A DNA stretch of 64,000 nt from IMG/VR virus record IMGVR_UViG_3300032050_000002; one strand, 5' to 3'. Position numbers and translations under genes: made by a program. The DNA comes from a virus. Taxonomy: Duplodnaviria; Caudoviricetes. Below are positions 37,638 to 47,391 of this stretch, one piece after another (position 1 is the stretch's first letter; the number at the start of each line of letters is the position of its first letter). The notes under the pieces are model-generated. The model did not search any database. It was given only the letters and a program-made list of their open reading frames with translations, and was not told the DNA's origin.

Positions 37638-37928
37638 ATGGGACTTACTTATTTTGCTTTAGGAGCTCTGTCGATTGTGGCCGTGATATTTGTTATGGTT
37701 ATAGTTATCGGTACTAATAAAATTTTTAGATTAGAAAAAAAAGTTGAGGATTTTCAAACTCAATATGGAAATGACTTAGAAAGAAGTTATAGAAATTTGG
37801 ATGAATTTCGTCAAAACATTTATCGTGATATGGACGTTAGAATTGGTGGTCTATATAGAAATATGGATGAACAAATTAAAGAATCTAAAAAGTATACGGA
37901 TAAACGAATAGATAAGAGTTTAAACTAA
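37638..37928 (+). CDS. Single-TM + coiled-coil protein
   Basis: Start reassigned to MGLTYFALG; hydrophobic N-terminus. Confidence 0.6.
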   Translation: MGLTYFALGALSIVAVIFVMVIVIGTNKIFRLEKKVEDFQTQYGNDLERSYRNLDEFRQNIYRDMDVRIGGLYRNMDEQIKESKKYTDKRIDKSLN

Positions 37929-37934
37929 AAAAAT

Positions 37935-37962
37935 AAACCCACCATTTAGGTGGGTTTTTTAT
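37935..37962. terminator. Bidirectional intrinsic terminator (also ends tmRNA)
   Basis: AAACCCACC-ATTTA-GGTGGGTTT. Confidence 0.8.
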
Positions 37963-37963
37963 T

Positions 37964-38350
37964 TGGTGGAGATATTGGGAGTCGAACCCAAGTGCTAAAC
38001 ATCCCAAGTATTAAGGACTACATGCTTAGGATAAAGTTTTCTAACTTTCCAAAAATAGTTAATTCGTTCTTCACCATCGTAAATTAACAACCAATGAATG
38101 ACTCGATTTAGGGTTCAGTCATTTTTCCACCTCTATTTAGACTCCTGTTTCTAGGTTATATGTCCACCGACCCAATTGTGTGACTTAATCTAATTAAGCC
38201 ACAGCTACTTCTTCAGTACGAATTAATCCTACAGAAGTAAGTTTGTTGATTACGTTGCCGTATATCGATTTGAATCAGTTTTAACAAGGTTAACTCAGCC
38301 TTGACATGCCCCGAATAGTTGATTATGCTAGTCGATACCATTTTATCCCC
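37964..38350 (-). ncRNA. ssrA: tmRNA, tag (A)GNVINKLTSVGLIRTEEVAVA*
   Basis: 5' GGGGATAAAATGGTATCGAC; 3' GGGTTCGACTCCC...CTCCACCA tRNA-Ala-like domain; resume codon GGC after ATATAC; tag ORF 38259-38194. Confidence 0.95.
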
Positions 38351-38354
38351 ATAA

Positions 38355-38406
38355 TGTTAAAGAACTTTCTGAATACAAATATACAACAAAAACTTGAAAT
38401 AACAAA
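38355..38406 (-). promoter_or_regulatory. tmRNA promoter (TTTG-N19-TATATTTG) followed by boxA GTTCTTTAACA
   Basis: Minus strand: -33 at 38406-03, -7 at 38383-76, boxA at 38365-55. Confidence 0.8.
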
Positions 38407-38433
38407 TTTTTAAGATATTTATTTCATATAAAT

Positions 38434-39555
38434 ATGTCCAATAGATTGCAAAATAACAAAATAAGACGGATTTTTGAGTCTGACGAGCCTCAAACAACCT
38501 ATCAAAAACTATTAAAAATCGCTCAAAGTACGGAAGACCCTAATATTACCTTTGATGAGGAGATTGTTTTTAATTTTACATACAATCAAAGAACACCTAG
38601 AAAAAGTATGATTACTTTAAACTTTGATACTGATGAAGATTATTTCCAACTATTCTATGAAACTGAAGACAATCCAAAATATATGGAAAGAATTATTAAT
38701 GATAGGAGATATTATGATAGGTTTGAATTTGAATCTTCAGATTATATTTGGGAAGATTGGAAAGAAGGATATATACTTATGGATTTTAATGATGAAAATA
38801 TTTTAAAACTTAAAGATATTTTACTAATGGTAAATCCTGAATTGGCGGATTTTAATCCTAATCTAGATGACAAATCCTCATCAATCGCGAGATTTTTACA
38901 CAACACATTTGAGCGTGAAATTGATTATATTTTAGATGAACGTTGGCAATTAGTTAATGATTGTAAAGTACAATCGGAACAGAACAATATTAAAAAAGAT
39001 ATGTGTGATAGGTTATTTAACTATGGTATTTTTAGTAAGGGGGATTGTTTTGAAACTTACGTAACATCAGTTAATATTTTAATATCTTTATACGAAGAAA
39101 CCAAAAATTTTGACGTAGATTTATATGAAATGTTAAAACAAGTGGCAATTAATACACAAGCCCCTGATTATTACGAATATTATTATGAAACAAGTTGTGA
39201 TAATTGGGAGGAAGTTTCCACGGCATTTAATCAAGAGATTTCAAAAAGACTCGATGAAATTTTGGACAGAATTGAAAATAGTGACGAATTTAATTTTAAT
39301 AGAGATTTATTTAAACTGTATAGTAAAGAAGTTTACAATAACTACCAAATTAATAGATGGTATGAATTACCATATAACAAAGAATATTCATTTCGTTTAG
39401 TGAGAGTTGAACCAGCAAACGATAGAATTGTTTTATTTTTTCAAAAACCTAATAGTCAACAAGAAAAAAGAAGTTATAATTTAGAAGGTTTTATTGACTT
39501 TTTACATAATCCGGAACTTTTTGAAAATAAAATTAGGAAAATAAGAAAAATCTAA
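38434..39555 (+). CDS. Hypothetical acidic protein
   Basis: ORF track. Confidence 0.7.
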   Translation: MSNRLQNNKIRRIFESDEPQTTYQKLLKIAQSTEDPNITFDEEIVFNFTYNQRTPRKSMITLNFDTDEDYFQLFYETEDNPKYMERIINDRRYYDRFEFESSDYIWEDWKEGYILMDFNDENILKLKDILLMVNPELADFNPNLDDKSSSIARFLHNTFEREIDYILDERWQLVNDCKVQSEQNNIKKDMCDRLFNYGIFSKGDCFETYVTSVNILISLYEETKNFDVDLYEMLKQVAINTQAPDYYEYYYETSCDNWEEVSTAFNQEISKRLDEILDRIENSDEFNFNRDLFKLYSKEVYNNYQINRWYELPYNKEYSFRLVRVEPANDRIVLFFQKPNSQQEKRSYNLEGFIDFLHNPELFENKIRKIRKI

Positions 39556-39568
39556 CTATCTTTGTATT

Positions 39569-40390
39569 ATGCAAAGAGATTATAACCTACTTAAAACTGT
39601 ATTATCAGTCCCAACCAAAACTTACCAAGAAGATATGATGGTTGAATTTTTAACCAATTGGTTAAAAGAAAATAATTTTTCATTTACCACCGATAATATG
39701 AAAAATATCTATGTTACAAAACAAACTGACAAAGATATTGAATATTTTCCTTGTGTGGTGTCTCATATTGATACGGTTCATAATATAGAACCAATTAATA
39801 TAAAAGAAGAGACATTAGTAAATGAACAAAGAAATTATAAACTAGCCTTAAAAGCTTATAACGATTTAGGTAAACCAACAGGAATTGGTGGTGATGATAA
39901 ATGCGGTGTCTATGCTTGTCTTGAATTATTAAAAGAATTACCAAACATTAAAGTCGCATTTTTTGTGTCAGAAGAAACGGGATGTCACGGTTCAAGAAAT
40001 TCGGACAAAGAATTTTTTAAAAATGTTGGTTACGCAATTCAGTTTGATGCACCAGGTAATACAATGGTTAGCGAATATTGTATGGGAGTTCAATTATTTG
40101 ATAGAGAATCCGAATTTTTTAGTTCTTGTGATAGGATATTAAATGAAAGTTTTAAAAACGCTCCAAGATATCAATCACATCCTTATACCGATGTTTACGC
40201 CTTAAAATCATTGTTCGATTTTTCTTGTATTAATTTTGCTATTGGATATTACAATTATCATACAAGAAATGAATACGTTGTTGTTGAGGATGTCTATAAT
40301 GGAATTAGTGCCGGTAAAAAGTTAATAGAATCTTTGGGTTATAAAAAATATAAAAAAGTTACCAAAGAAAAATCAGTTTTATTTGGATAA
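39569..40390 (+). CDS. M20/M28 family Zn peptidase
   Basis: SHIDTVH, GGDDKCG, SEETG, QFDAPG, YYNYHT. Confidence 0.85.
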   Translation: MQRDYNLLKTVLSVPTKTYQEDMMVEFLTNWLKENNFSFTTDNMKNIYVTKQTDKDIEYFPCVVSHIDTVHNIEPINIKEETLVNEQRNYKLALKAYNDLGKPTGIGGDDKCGVYACLELLKELPNIKVAFFVSEETGCHGSRNSDKEFFKNVGYAIQFDAPGNTMVSEYCMGVQLFDRESEFFSSCDRILNESFKNAPRYQSHPYTDVYALKSLFDFSCINFAIGYYNYHTRNEYVVVEDVYNGISAGKKLIESLGYKKYKKVTKEKSVLFG

Positions 40391-40402
40391 AAAAAAGGGA
40401 GA

Positions 40403-42439
40403 TTATTCTCCCTTTTTCTTTTTAGTCTTCTTTTGTTTTCTTTCTTTTATCTTAATGTCCTTTTCTTCGACATATAATTCATACTCCACATTATCCTCAA
40501 TGTTTCCCTTTAACACTTCCTCAGAAATGTAATCTTCAATCTTATCTTGGATTGCTCTCTTTAGTGGTCTCGCTCCGTACATCTCATCAAAACCAACCTC
40601 AGAAATTAAATTGATAATTGATGGGTCGTATACAAATTTATATTTTAATGTTTCTAATCTATTAAATAATTTATCCAATTCTATTTTAACAATCTTATCA
40701 ATATCTTCTTTAACTAATTTGTTAAATATGATAATCTCATCAACTCTATTTAAAAACTCAGGAGCGAAAAACTTCTGCAATTCTTTTTTAAGAATATCTC
40801 GTTTGTGTTCTTCTTCAACATAGGTGGATGATTTTGATTTAAATCCAACACCAGAACCAAACTCTTGTAATTTCTTAACACCTAAATTTGATGTCATAAT
40901 GATTACACAATTCTTAAAATTAATTTTTCTACCTAATCCATCAGTAATATGACCATCATCTAAAACTTGTAAAAGGGTTGAGAATATATCTTTGTTTGCT
41001 TTCTCAATTTCATCAAATAAGATAACTGAGTATGGTTTATTTTTAACTTGTTCTGTTAATTGACCGCCTTCATCATAACCAACGTAACCCGGAGGTGCCC
41101 CAATTAATCTTGATATTGTGTGTTTCTCTTGGAACTCAGACATATCAACTCTGATTAAATTATCTTCACTTCCAAATATTTCTTTAGCCAATTGTTTTGC
41201 TAAATATGTTTTACCAACACCTGTCGAACCTAAGAAGATAAATGAACCGATTGGTTTATTTGGGTCTTTAATTCCTAATCTATTTCTTCTAATTGATTTA
41301 ACAATTTTATTTACCGCTTCATTTTGACCAACAACTTTACTATTAATAACTTCAGCAAGATTTGTTAAAGTTTTGGTTTCATCAGAGTTTATTTTAGATA
41401 AAGGTATCTTTGTCATATTAGATACTACTTCATATACTAAATCCTCAGTTACTTCTTTCTTTTTAATTTGTAATTCAGTTTCAAATTTCTTCTTTTCTGA
41501 TTCTAACTTATCAAGAATCTTTCTTTCTTTATCTCTTAGTGATGCCGCCAATTCATAATTTTGTTGTTTAACCACATCAAGTTTTTCTTTCTTAACATCC
41601 AAAGCATCTTGTTTTAGTTTTTCAATAACTTCTGGCATTTTAATCTCAACCTGACTTCTTGCCCCAACCTCATCAATAATATCAAACGCTTTATCAGGAA
41701 ATTCTCTATCCGTAATATATCTTTCCGCCATATCAACACATAATTTTAGAATCTCACTTGAATAGATTACGTTATGATAACTTTCATATTTTTCTTTAGC
41801 ATTTTCTAATATCTGTAACGTCTCTTGTTTTGTCGCCGCGTCAACAATAACTTTTTGGAATCTTCTTTCTAAAGCACCATCTTTTTCAAAGTTTTTACGA
41901 TACTCATCTAAGGTCGTAGCACCAATACATTGTATTTCTCCTCTCGCTAATGCGGGTTTAAATATGTTAGACGCATCAAGAGAACCTGAAGAATTACCCG
42001 CTCCAACGATTGTATGAATTTCATCAATAAAAACAATAATGTTAGGGTTAGATTGAAGTTCTTCAATTATAACTTTCATCCTTTCTTCAAATTGTCCTCG
42101 GTATTTTGTTCCCGCAACAACAGAAGTCATATCAAGTAATACAATCTTTTTATCCATTAAGTTTCTTGGACATTCCCCATTGAATATCTTTATAGCCAAT
42201 CCTTCAACAATTGCGGTTTTACCACAACCAGGTTCACCAATAATAATAGGGTTATTTTTCTTTCTTCTTGAAAGAATTTGAGCAATCCTTGAGATTTCTC
42301 TATCTCTACCGATTACAGGGTCTAACTTACCTTCCTCGGCAAGTTTAATTAAATTTCTACTGAAGTTATCAAGAACCGGAGTATTTGATTGGTCTTCCGA
42401 TTTATTCTTTTTTCCTCCACTGTCTGCTGATTCAATCAT
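40403..42439 (-). CDS. clpC: ClpC-type AAA+ unfoldase lacking the N-terminal repeat domain
   Basis: [17 protein letters not shown]-type middle domain ([12 protein letters not shown]), [15 protein letters not shown], ClpP-docking-like VGF loop. Confidence 0.9.
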   Translation of the reverse strand: MIESADSGGKKNKSEDQSNTPVLDNFSRNLIKLAEEGKLDPVIGRDREISRIAQILSRRKKNNPIIIGEPGCGKTAIVEGLAIKIFNGECPRNLMDKKIVLLDMTSVVAGTKYRGQFEERMKVIIEELQSNPNIIVFIDEIHTIVGAGNSSGSLDASNIFKPALARGEIQCIGATTLDEYRKNFEKDGALERRFQKVIVDAATKQETLQILENAKEKYESYHNVIYSSEILKLCVDMAERYITDREFPDKAFDIIDEVGARSQVEIKMPEVIEKLKQDALDVKKEKLDVVKQQNYELAASLRDKERKILDKLESEKKKFETELQIKKKEVTEDLVYEVVSNMTKIPLSKINSDETKTLTNLAEVINSKVVGQNEAVNKIVKSIRRNRLGIKDPNKPIGSFIFLGSTGVGKTYLAKQLAKEIFGSEDNLIRVDMSEFQEKHTISRLIGAPPGYVGYDEGGQLTEQVKNKPYSVILFDEIEKANKDIFSTLLQVLDDGHITDGLGRKINFKNCVIIMTSNLGVKKLQEFGSGVGFKSKSSTYVEEEHKRDILKKELQKFFAPEFLNRVDEIIIFNKLVKEDIDKIVKIELDKLFNRLETLKYKFVYDPSIINLISEVGFDEMYGARPLKRAIQDKIEDYISEEVLKGNIEDNVEYELYVEEKDIKIKERKQKKTKKKKGE

Positions 42440-42608
42440 AGTTAGTTGTTTTTAAAAAATATATGAAATTTATTTTAATATTCAACTATTGATATAATGT
42501 CATAAATAAAAAACAATACTGACAATTTGTCACAAATATTTACAAAGAATATATTTTGGTACATATTTAGATATGGGTGAAAAAAATAAACAAAAAAATA
42601 AAAACAAA

Positions 42609-43058
42609 ATGAAAAATTTTAATTACTTTAAAAATTTTGATGAATTAATGAGAGAACTTTTAAATGAGTCGATTAACTACGAATTCCCTTCTAAGTATTT
42701 TGCGGGTAAAACAAAAACTGAAAAAGGAACTGATGAAAATGGTGAATGGGTACAAACAACTTACGTATCTCCTGACGGAAGTTATTCTTACACTAACTTT
42801 GTTAGAGTTGGTAACTCCACTAAAAAAACAGAATCAAAAACAAATTCTAAAACAACTGAATTACAAAAACAATTAAGTAAAGCTGTAGAGGAACAAAACT
42901 ACGAAGAGGCGGTTAAATTAAGAGATAAAATTAGAAAAATTGAAGGTCATAAAGAAAAAATTGATTCTTTAAGGTCTGAGTTAGATTTAGCGGTTAAAAA
43001 CCAAGATTACGAAAAAGCAATCGAATTAAGAGATGAGATTAAAAAATTAGAAAAATAA
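42609..43058 (+). CDS. Protein with two UVR (UvrB/UvrC) coiled-coil motifs, divergent from clpC
   Basis: LSKAVEEQNYEEAVKLRDKI and LDLAVKNQDYEKAIELRDEI. Confidence 0.85.
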   Translation: MKNFNYFKNFDELMRELLNESINYEFPSKYFAGKTKTEKGTDENGEWVQTTYVSPDGSYSYTNFVRVGNSTKKTESKTNSKTTELQKQLSKAVEEQNYEEAVKLRDKIRKIEGHKEKIDSLRSELDLAVKNQDYEKAIELRDEIKKLEK

Positions 43059-43113
43059 TCAAATAAACCCTCGACAAAAATCGGGGGTTTTTTATTTTTA
43101 ATTAAAAAAAGTT

Positions 43114-43356
43114 ATGGCAATATTAAAAGAAGAAATTAATGGAACAAAAATTATTAATGAAATTCAATCATCTAATATTAGAAAAACCGAATACGATACG
43201 GAAAATAAAACATTATTAGTTGAGTTTAATAATGGTATGAAATACGAGTATCAAGAAGTTCCTCATCAGTTATACACCCAATTCAGAATGTCAGAATCTC
43301 AGGGTAAATTCTTTAGCTCAAAAATTGCAAAAACATTTAAATACAAGAAAATATGA
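43114..43356 (+). CDS. KTSC domain protein
   Basis: SSNIRKTEYD...LLVEFNNG..YEY..VP..LY..F..SESQGKFF. Confidence 0.9.
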   Translation: MAILKEEINGTKIINEIQSSNIRKTEYDTENKTLLVEFNNGMKYEYQEVPHQLYTQFRMSESQGKFFSSKIAKTFKYKKI

Positions 43357-43387
43357 TAAATCCTTATTTAAGAATATTTATTTAATT

Positions 43388-45664
43388 ATGGATAATCTTA
43401 AAAGCATTTTATCAAGTTTTAAATTAAAAAATGAACTAAACTCTAAAGTTTGGGAAAAATCCAAAAAAGAAGGATATACATTAAACCCAAAAGTTAGAAC
43501 TAACCTATTAGAAATATCTTACGATTTTATTGAGTCTTTAAAAGTTGATGTTGTTATCAGTGATATAATAATGACAGGTTCTTTGGCTAATTATAATTGG
43601 TCGAACTATTCAGATATTGATTTACATATTATTGCGGATTTCGGACAATTTTCAAAAAACGTGAGGTCTTTATACGAAGAATTATTTAGACTAAAAAAGA
43701 CGGTTTACGGAGCGAAACACGATATTAAAATATTTGGTTATGACGTTGAATTGTACGTTGAGGACGAATCAATAGCTAGAGATGTTAAAGGAGCGGGAAG
43801 GTATTCAATTTTGCATAATGAATGGACCGTAAAACCACCTAAAGAATCGTTCAAAATAAGAGAAAAAGATATTAAAGAAAAGGCTAAAAAATGGATGAAA
43901 ATAATTGATGGTGTTGAAGAAACTATTCAAGATGAGGATATTGAGTCAGCTAAAAAATTATTAAAAAAATATACTGAAAAAATTAGAAAATATAGAGAAT
44001 GTGGATTAGAAAAAGGTGGGGAATATTCTGATGAAAATTTAGTATTTAAAATTTTAAGAAGAAACGGTTATTTAGACAGGTTAAAAGACATGAAAAATAA
44101 ATTAATAGATAAAAAATTATCTATTAAAGAGTCGATAACTACAATTGGAGACGAATTTAAAGTTGATTTAGAAAACGGTCCCGCTAATCACGGAAAAAGG
44201 GCGTTTGGTAATTGGCAATCAGACAATGCTTGGGATGTTTTTGCTCCCGCCGGCACCGTAGTTAATTCATATACCGATGGAGTGGTATCTAAAGTCTACG
44301 ACAATGGTAAAAGGTCTGGTAAAGTTTTTGGAACTCAGATTAATGTAAAAGGTGAAAATGGATATCCTGATATTTTTTACACACATCTTACTAATGTTAA
44401 ACTATCTTCGGGAGATAAAGTTAATGTCGGGGATTATATTGGTGAAATTATACAATGGTGTGTGGATGAAAATTGTTCTAAAAAAATGGATGGAACTCAT
44501 GTTCATATTGGTTTACCGAGAGGAAATCATTTAAAAGATTTAATCAATGATAAGGTATTTAAAGGTGGTGATGGTAAAAATATGAAATATGAAAAACACG
44601 ATAGTTTTTTATCATCTTTATTTAGTTTATTTGGTCTTAGTGGTAAATCAAAAGATAAGAATTTTGAAAAAATTGTTGATGATGTGGGAGACTCTAAATT
44701 TTTAAAATCTATAATTGATATTATAGATTCTGATAAAATTTTAAAGAATATAAAAACTCCAAAATCAAAAATACCTTATGATAAAGATGTTGAGATTATT
44801 CAAACCGCACTACAATTTTTAGGATTTTCATTACCTAAATGGGGAGTAGACGGTTTATTTGGTCCTGAAACACAAAGAGCGGTAGAATCTTTTGAAGAAA
44901 AAAATTCATTAAAAGTGGATGGAGAATTAAATAGCAATGATTTAAAAGTTTTATTAAGTAATCTATCTGAAAAGGGATTTACTGATGAAAAACTAAGCGG
45001 TATTCAGAGAGATTCTGATTTCGTAGTTAATGGTCAAATCGATTTAAGTAAAGGAAAATTTAATGGAGAACAATTAAAAAATATAAATCTAATTATTAAT
45101 GAGCTTAATAATAAAGGTATTACAAATCCATATACTCAAGCAGGTATTTTATCCGTTATAGGTAAAGAATCTAATTTTAATACATATAAAGAAATTGGGT
45201 ATAGTAATACCTCAAATTCAAGAATACGAAATATTTTTGGTAGAAGAGTGTCTAAATATTCTGATTCTGAATTATCAAGATTAAAACAAAATGATGAAGA
45301 TTTTTTTGATGCGATGTATGGGATGAATTCAGGTATGAAATTAGGTAACACAATGCCTGGTGACGGTTGGAGATATGTTGGTAGGGGTATGAATGGACTT
45401 ACGGGTAGAGCAAATTATAGAAAATATGGTAATATGATAGGAGTTGATTTAGAATCTAACCCCGAAAAAGTAGAAGACCCTGAAATTGCTGCAAAGGTGG
45501 CGGTTGCGTTTTTTACAAAAAATAAACCACCTCAAAGTATTCCTAATTTTGAGAACAAACAAGACGCAGTTAACTACTTTGCGGATATTAATGCCGGGGG
45601 TCGTTCATCATTCTCAAGAGAGGCTGCCGATAAATACTCTACAAGTTTTGATGTTATTGCTTAA
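43388..45664 (+). CDS. Fusion: Pol-beta-like nucleotidyltransferase + M23-like peptidase + PG-binding + GH19-like lysozyme
   Basis: TGSLANYNWSNYSDIDLH and DVELYV; WDVFAPAGTVV..., FYTHL, THVHIG; IIQTALQFLG...DGLFGPETQRAV; GKESNF, GDGWRYVGRGMNGLTGRANY. Confidence 0.85.
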   Translation: MDNLKSILSSFKLKNELNSKVWEKSKKEGYTLNPKVRTNLLEISYDFIESLKVDVVISDIIMTGSLANYNWSNYSDIDLHIIADFGQFSKNVRSLYEELFRLKKTVYGAKHDIKIFGYDVELYVEDESIARDVKGAGRYSILHNEWTVKPPKESFKIREKDIKEKAKKWMKIIDGVEETIQDEDIESAKKLLKKYTEKIRKYRECGLEKGGEYSDENLVFKILRRNGYLDRLKDMKNKLIDKKLSIKESITTIGDEFKVDLENGPANHGKRAFGNWQSDNAWDVFAPAGTVVNSYTDGVVSKVYDNGKRSGKVFGTQINVKGENGYPDIFYTHLTNVKLSSGDKVNVGDYIGEIIQWCVDENCSKKMDGTHVHIGLPRGNHLKDLINDKVFKGGDGKNMKYEKHDSFLSSLFSLFGLSGKSKDKNFEKIVDDVGDSKFLKSIIDIIDSDKILKNIKTPKSKIPYDKDVEIIQTALQFLGFSLPKWGVDGLFGPETQRAVESFEEKNSLKVDGELNSNDLKVLLSNLSEKGFTDEKLSGIQRDSDFVVNGQIDLSKGKFNGEQLKNINLIINELNNKGITNPYTQAGILSVIGKESNFNTYKEIGYSNTSNSRIRNIFGRRVSKYSDSELSRLKQNDEDFFDAMYGMNSGMKLGNTMPGDGWRYVGRGMNGLTGRANYRKYGNMIGVDLESNPEKVEDPEIAAKVAVAFFTKNKPPQSIPNFENKQDAVNYFADINAGGRSSFSREAADKYSTSFDVIA

Positions 45665-45730
45665 CTAATTAAAACATTTTATGTATGTTGTATATTTATA
45701 TAATAAAATAATTTTTTAAAAAAATAAAAA

Positions 45731-46984
45731 ATGGGAAATTTAAAACCAATTGGAAGTGAAAAACTTCAAGGTATGGATAAAATTAATAGAATTCTTGAAA
45801 TTGCAAGATATAAGGAAAATAAACCAAACCCTATTAATGAGGATAAATCTATTGAATATCGTAAAACTTTAAGTGATAATAACAATTATCAAATCGTTAA
45901 AGAAAAAAACGGATACGTTATCACTAAAGCAATTAATGAATCTGAGTTTGAATATATTGAACCTATGAAAAATAGAAAATATTATTCTTCGTATTCACAA
46001 GCAATGAAAAGATTAAATTTAATTGCTAAAGAAGTTAATACTAATGTAGGTTACGATAAAAATGTTTCTCTTTTTTACGAAAGTGATAATAATGAAACAA
46101 AATTTTACTTAAAAGTAAATGCTAATGAGCAAGCACCTCCTGCACCAGCACCTGCACCCGCTCCAGCACCTGCACCCGCTCCTGAACCTATGCCTGAACC
46201 ATCACCTGAAGAAACTCCAACTGATGAATTACCTGAACCTGAAATGGATACAGATACTACTCCTGAAGATGATACAGATAAAGAAGAGGTTGTTACATTT
46301 AAAACAATACAAAAATTAACAGGTAAATTAGCACAAAAAATAAGAACGTTAGCTTCTGATGAAGAAAATCCTATGTCTTCAAAAGACATAAAATATGTTA
46401 TAAATTCAATTTTATCCGCACTTGATTTAAATTCTTTAGAACCTGAAGATAAAGAGCAAATTATGGCAAAATTTGAAGGTGAGGAAGATATGGATAATGT
46501 TGGAGGTGATGAGGAATCATCAGTTCCTGATGAGGAAATGCCGGAACCTGAAGAAGTGTCTGCAGAAGCTCCACCAGCTCCTGAAGGAGAAATGAGTGAA
46601 GAATTTGATGAAGACTATACTATGAGAGGTGCTAGAAAAAGAAGAAAAAAAATTCATCCTGATTTAACTGATGAAGAATCTGATGCTATGTCAGAAATGG
46701 TAGAAAGTTTATTTTCTGAATCAAAAGTTGATAGTATTTTAAAAAGTTATTTCAAATACGATAAAAAAGAAAAAGAAGTTATTAAAGAACAAAAAGAAAA
46801 CAAAAAAGAAATAAAAAATAAAATAAAAACTATTTCTGAAAATGTTGTTCAAGAAGTTGCAACTTTAAAATTTATCGAAAAAAATCCAAAAGCAAAATTA
46901 GTTGGTAAAACTTTAAATAAAACAATAGTATTTGAACAAAATAATAAAAGATATTTAATTACTCCAAAGGGACAAGTTAAGTGA
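45731..46984 (+). CDS. Hypothetical (probable head-associated) protein with Pro/Ala linker
   Basis: ORF track; (PA)n run and acidic linkers; several (I/L)xE sites. Confidence 0.65.
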   Translation: MGNLKPIGSEKLQGMDKINRILEIARYKENKPNPINEDKSIEYRKTLSDNNNYQIVKEKNGYVITKAINESEFEYIEPMKNRKYYSSYSQAMKRLNLIAKEVNTNVGYDKNVSLFYESDNNETKFYLKVNANEQAPPAPAPAPAPAPAPAPEPMPEPSPEETPTDELPEPEMDTDTTPEDDTDKEEVVTFKTIQKLTGKLAQKIRTLASDEENPMSSKDIKYVINSILSALDLNSLEPEDKEQIMAKFEGEEDMDNVGGDEESSVPDEEMPEPEEVSAEAPPAPEGEMSEEFDEDYTMRGARKRRKKIHPDLTDEESDAMSEMVESLFSESKVDSILKSYFKYDKKEKEVIKEQKENKKEIKNKIKTISENVVQEVATLKFIEKNPKAKLVGKTLNKTIVFEQNNKRYLITPKGQVK

Positions 46985-47391
46985 ATTATTTAATTTACAT
47001 AAATGAATTAGGTCCTAACTATAAAGGAGATAATATATATGAATTTATTTTTTCTGATACGTTAGAAAATATTTGGGGAGACTCTTGGGAGTCAAAACCC
47101 GCCAATGATTATCCACAACCGCCTGAATTAAATTTTGTAAAAAAAGTTGGGATATTAAAAAATAATTTAGTATCTTTGTCTGTGATTCAAAAATCGGATT
47201 ACTTCTCAATGATTGACGCTATGGATGACGTAATTGCATTAGGATGGGAAAACGAATCTGATAGTATAAATTTTGACATTGATAAAAGATTAGTTTTTAG
47301 GTTTGGAGAAACAGAAGAAACTGTTAAAAATAAACTATACGAAAGAGATTTAATTCTCGAATTTGAAAAAAACGTTGTATATGAAAACTAA
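46981..47391 (+). CDS. Hypothetical protein
   Basis: ORF track. Confidence 0.65.
   Translation: MNYLIYINELGPNYKGDNIYEFIFSDTLENIWGDSWESKPANDYPQPPELNFVKKVGILKNNLVSLSVIQKSDYFSMIDAMDDVIALGWENESDSINFDIDKRLVFRFGETEETVKNKLYERDLILEFEKNVVYEN

Larger units (their letters stand above)
2408..39571. promoter_or_regulatory. Dispersed Bacteroidota-type early/middle promoters (TTTG-N19/20-TAnnTTTG)
   Basis: -7 elements at 2422(-), 8496, 17531, 18462, 19116, 19360, 19808, 21539, 24735, 26498, 28053, 29963, 39557. Confidence 0.85.
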
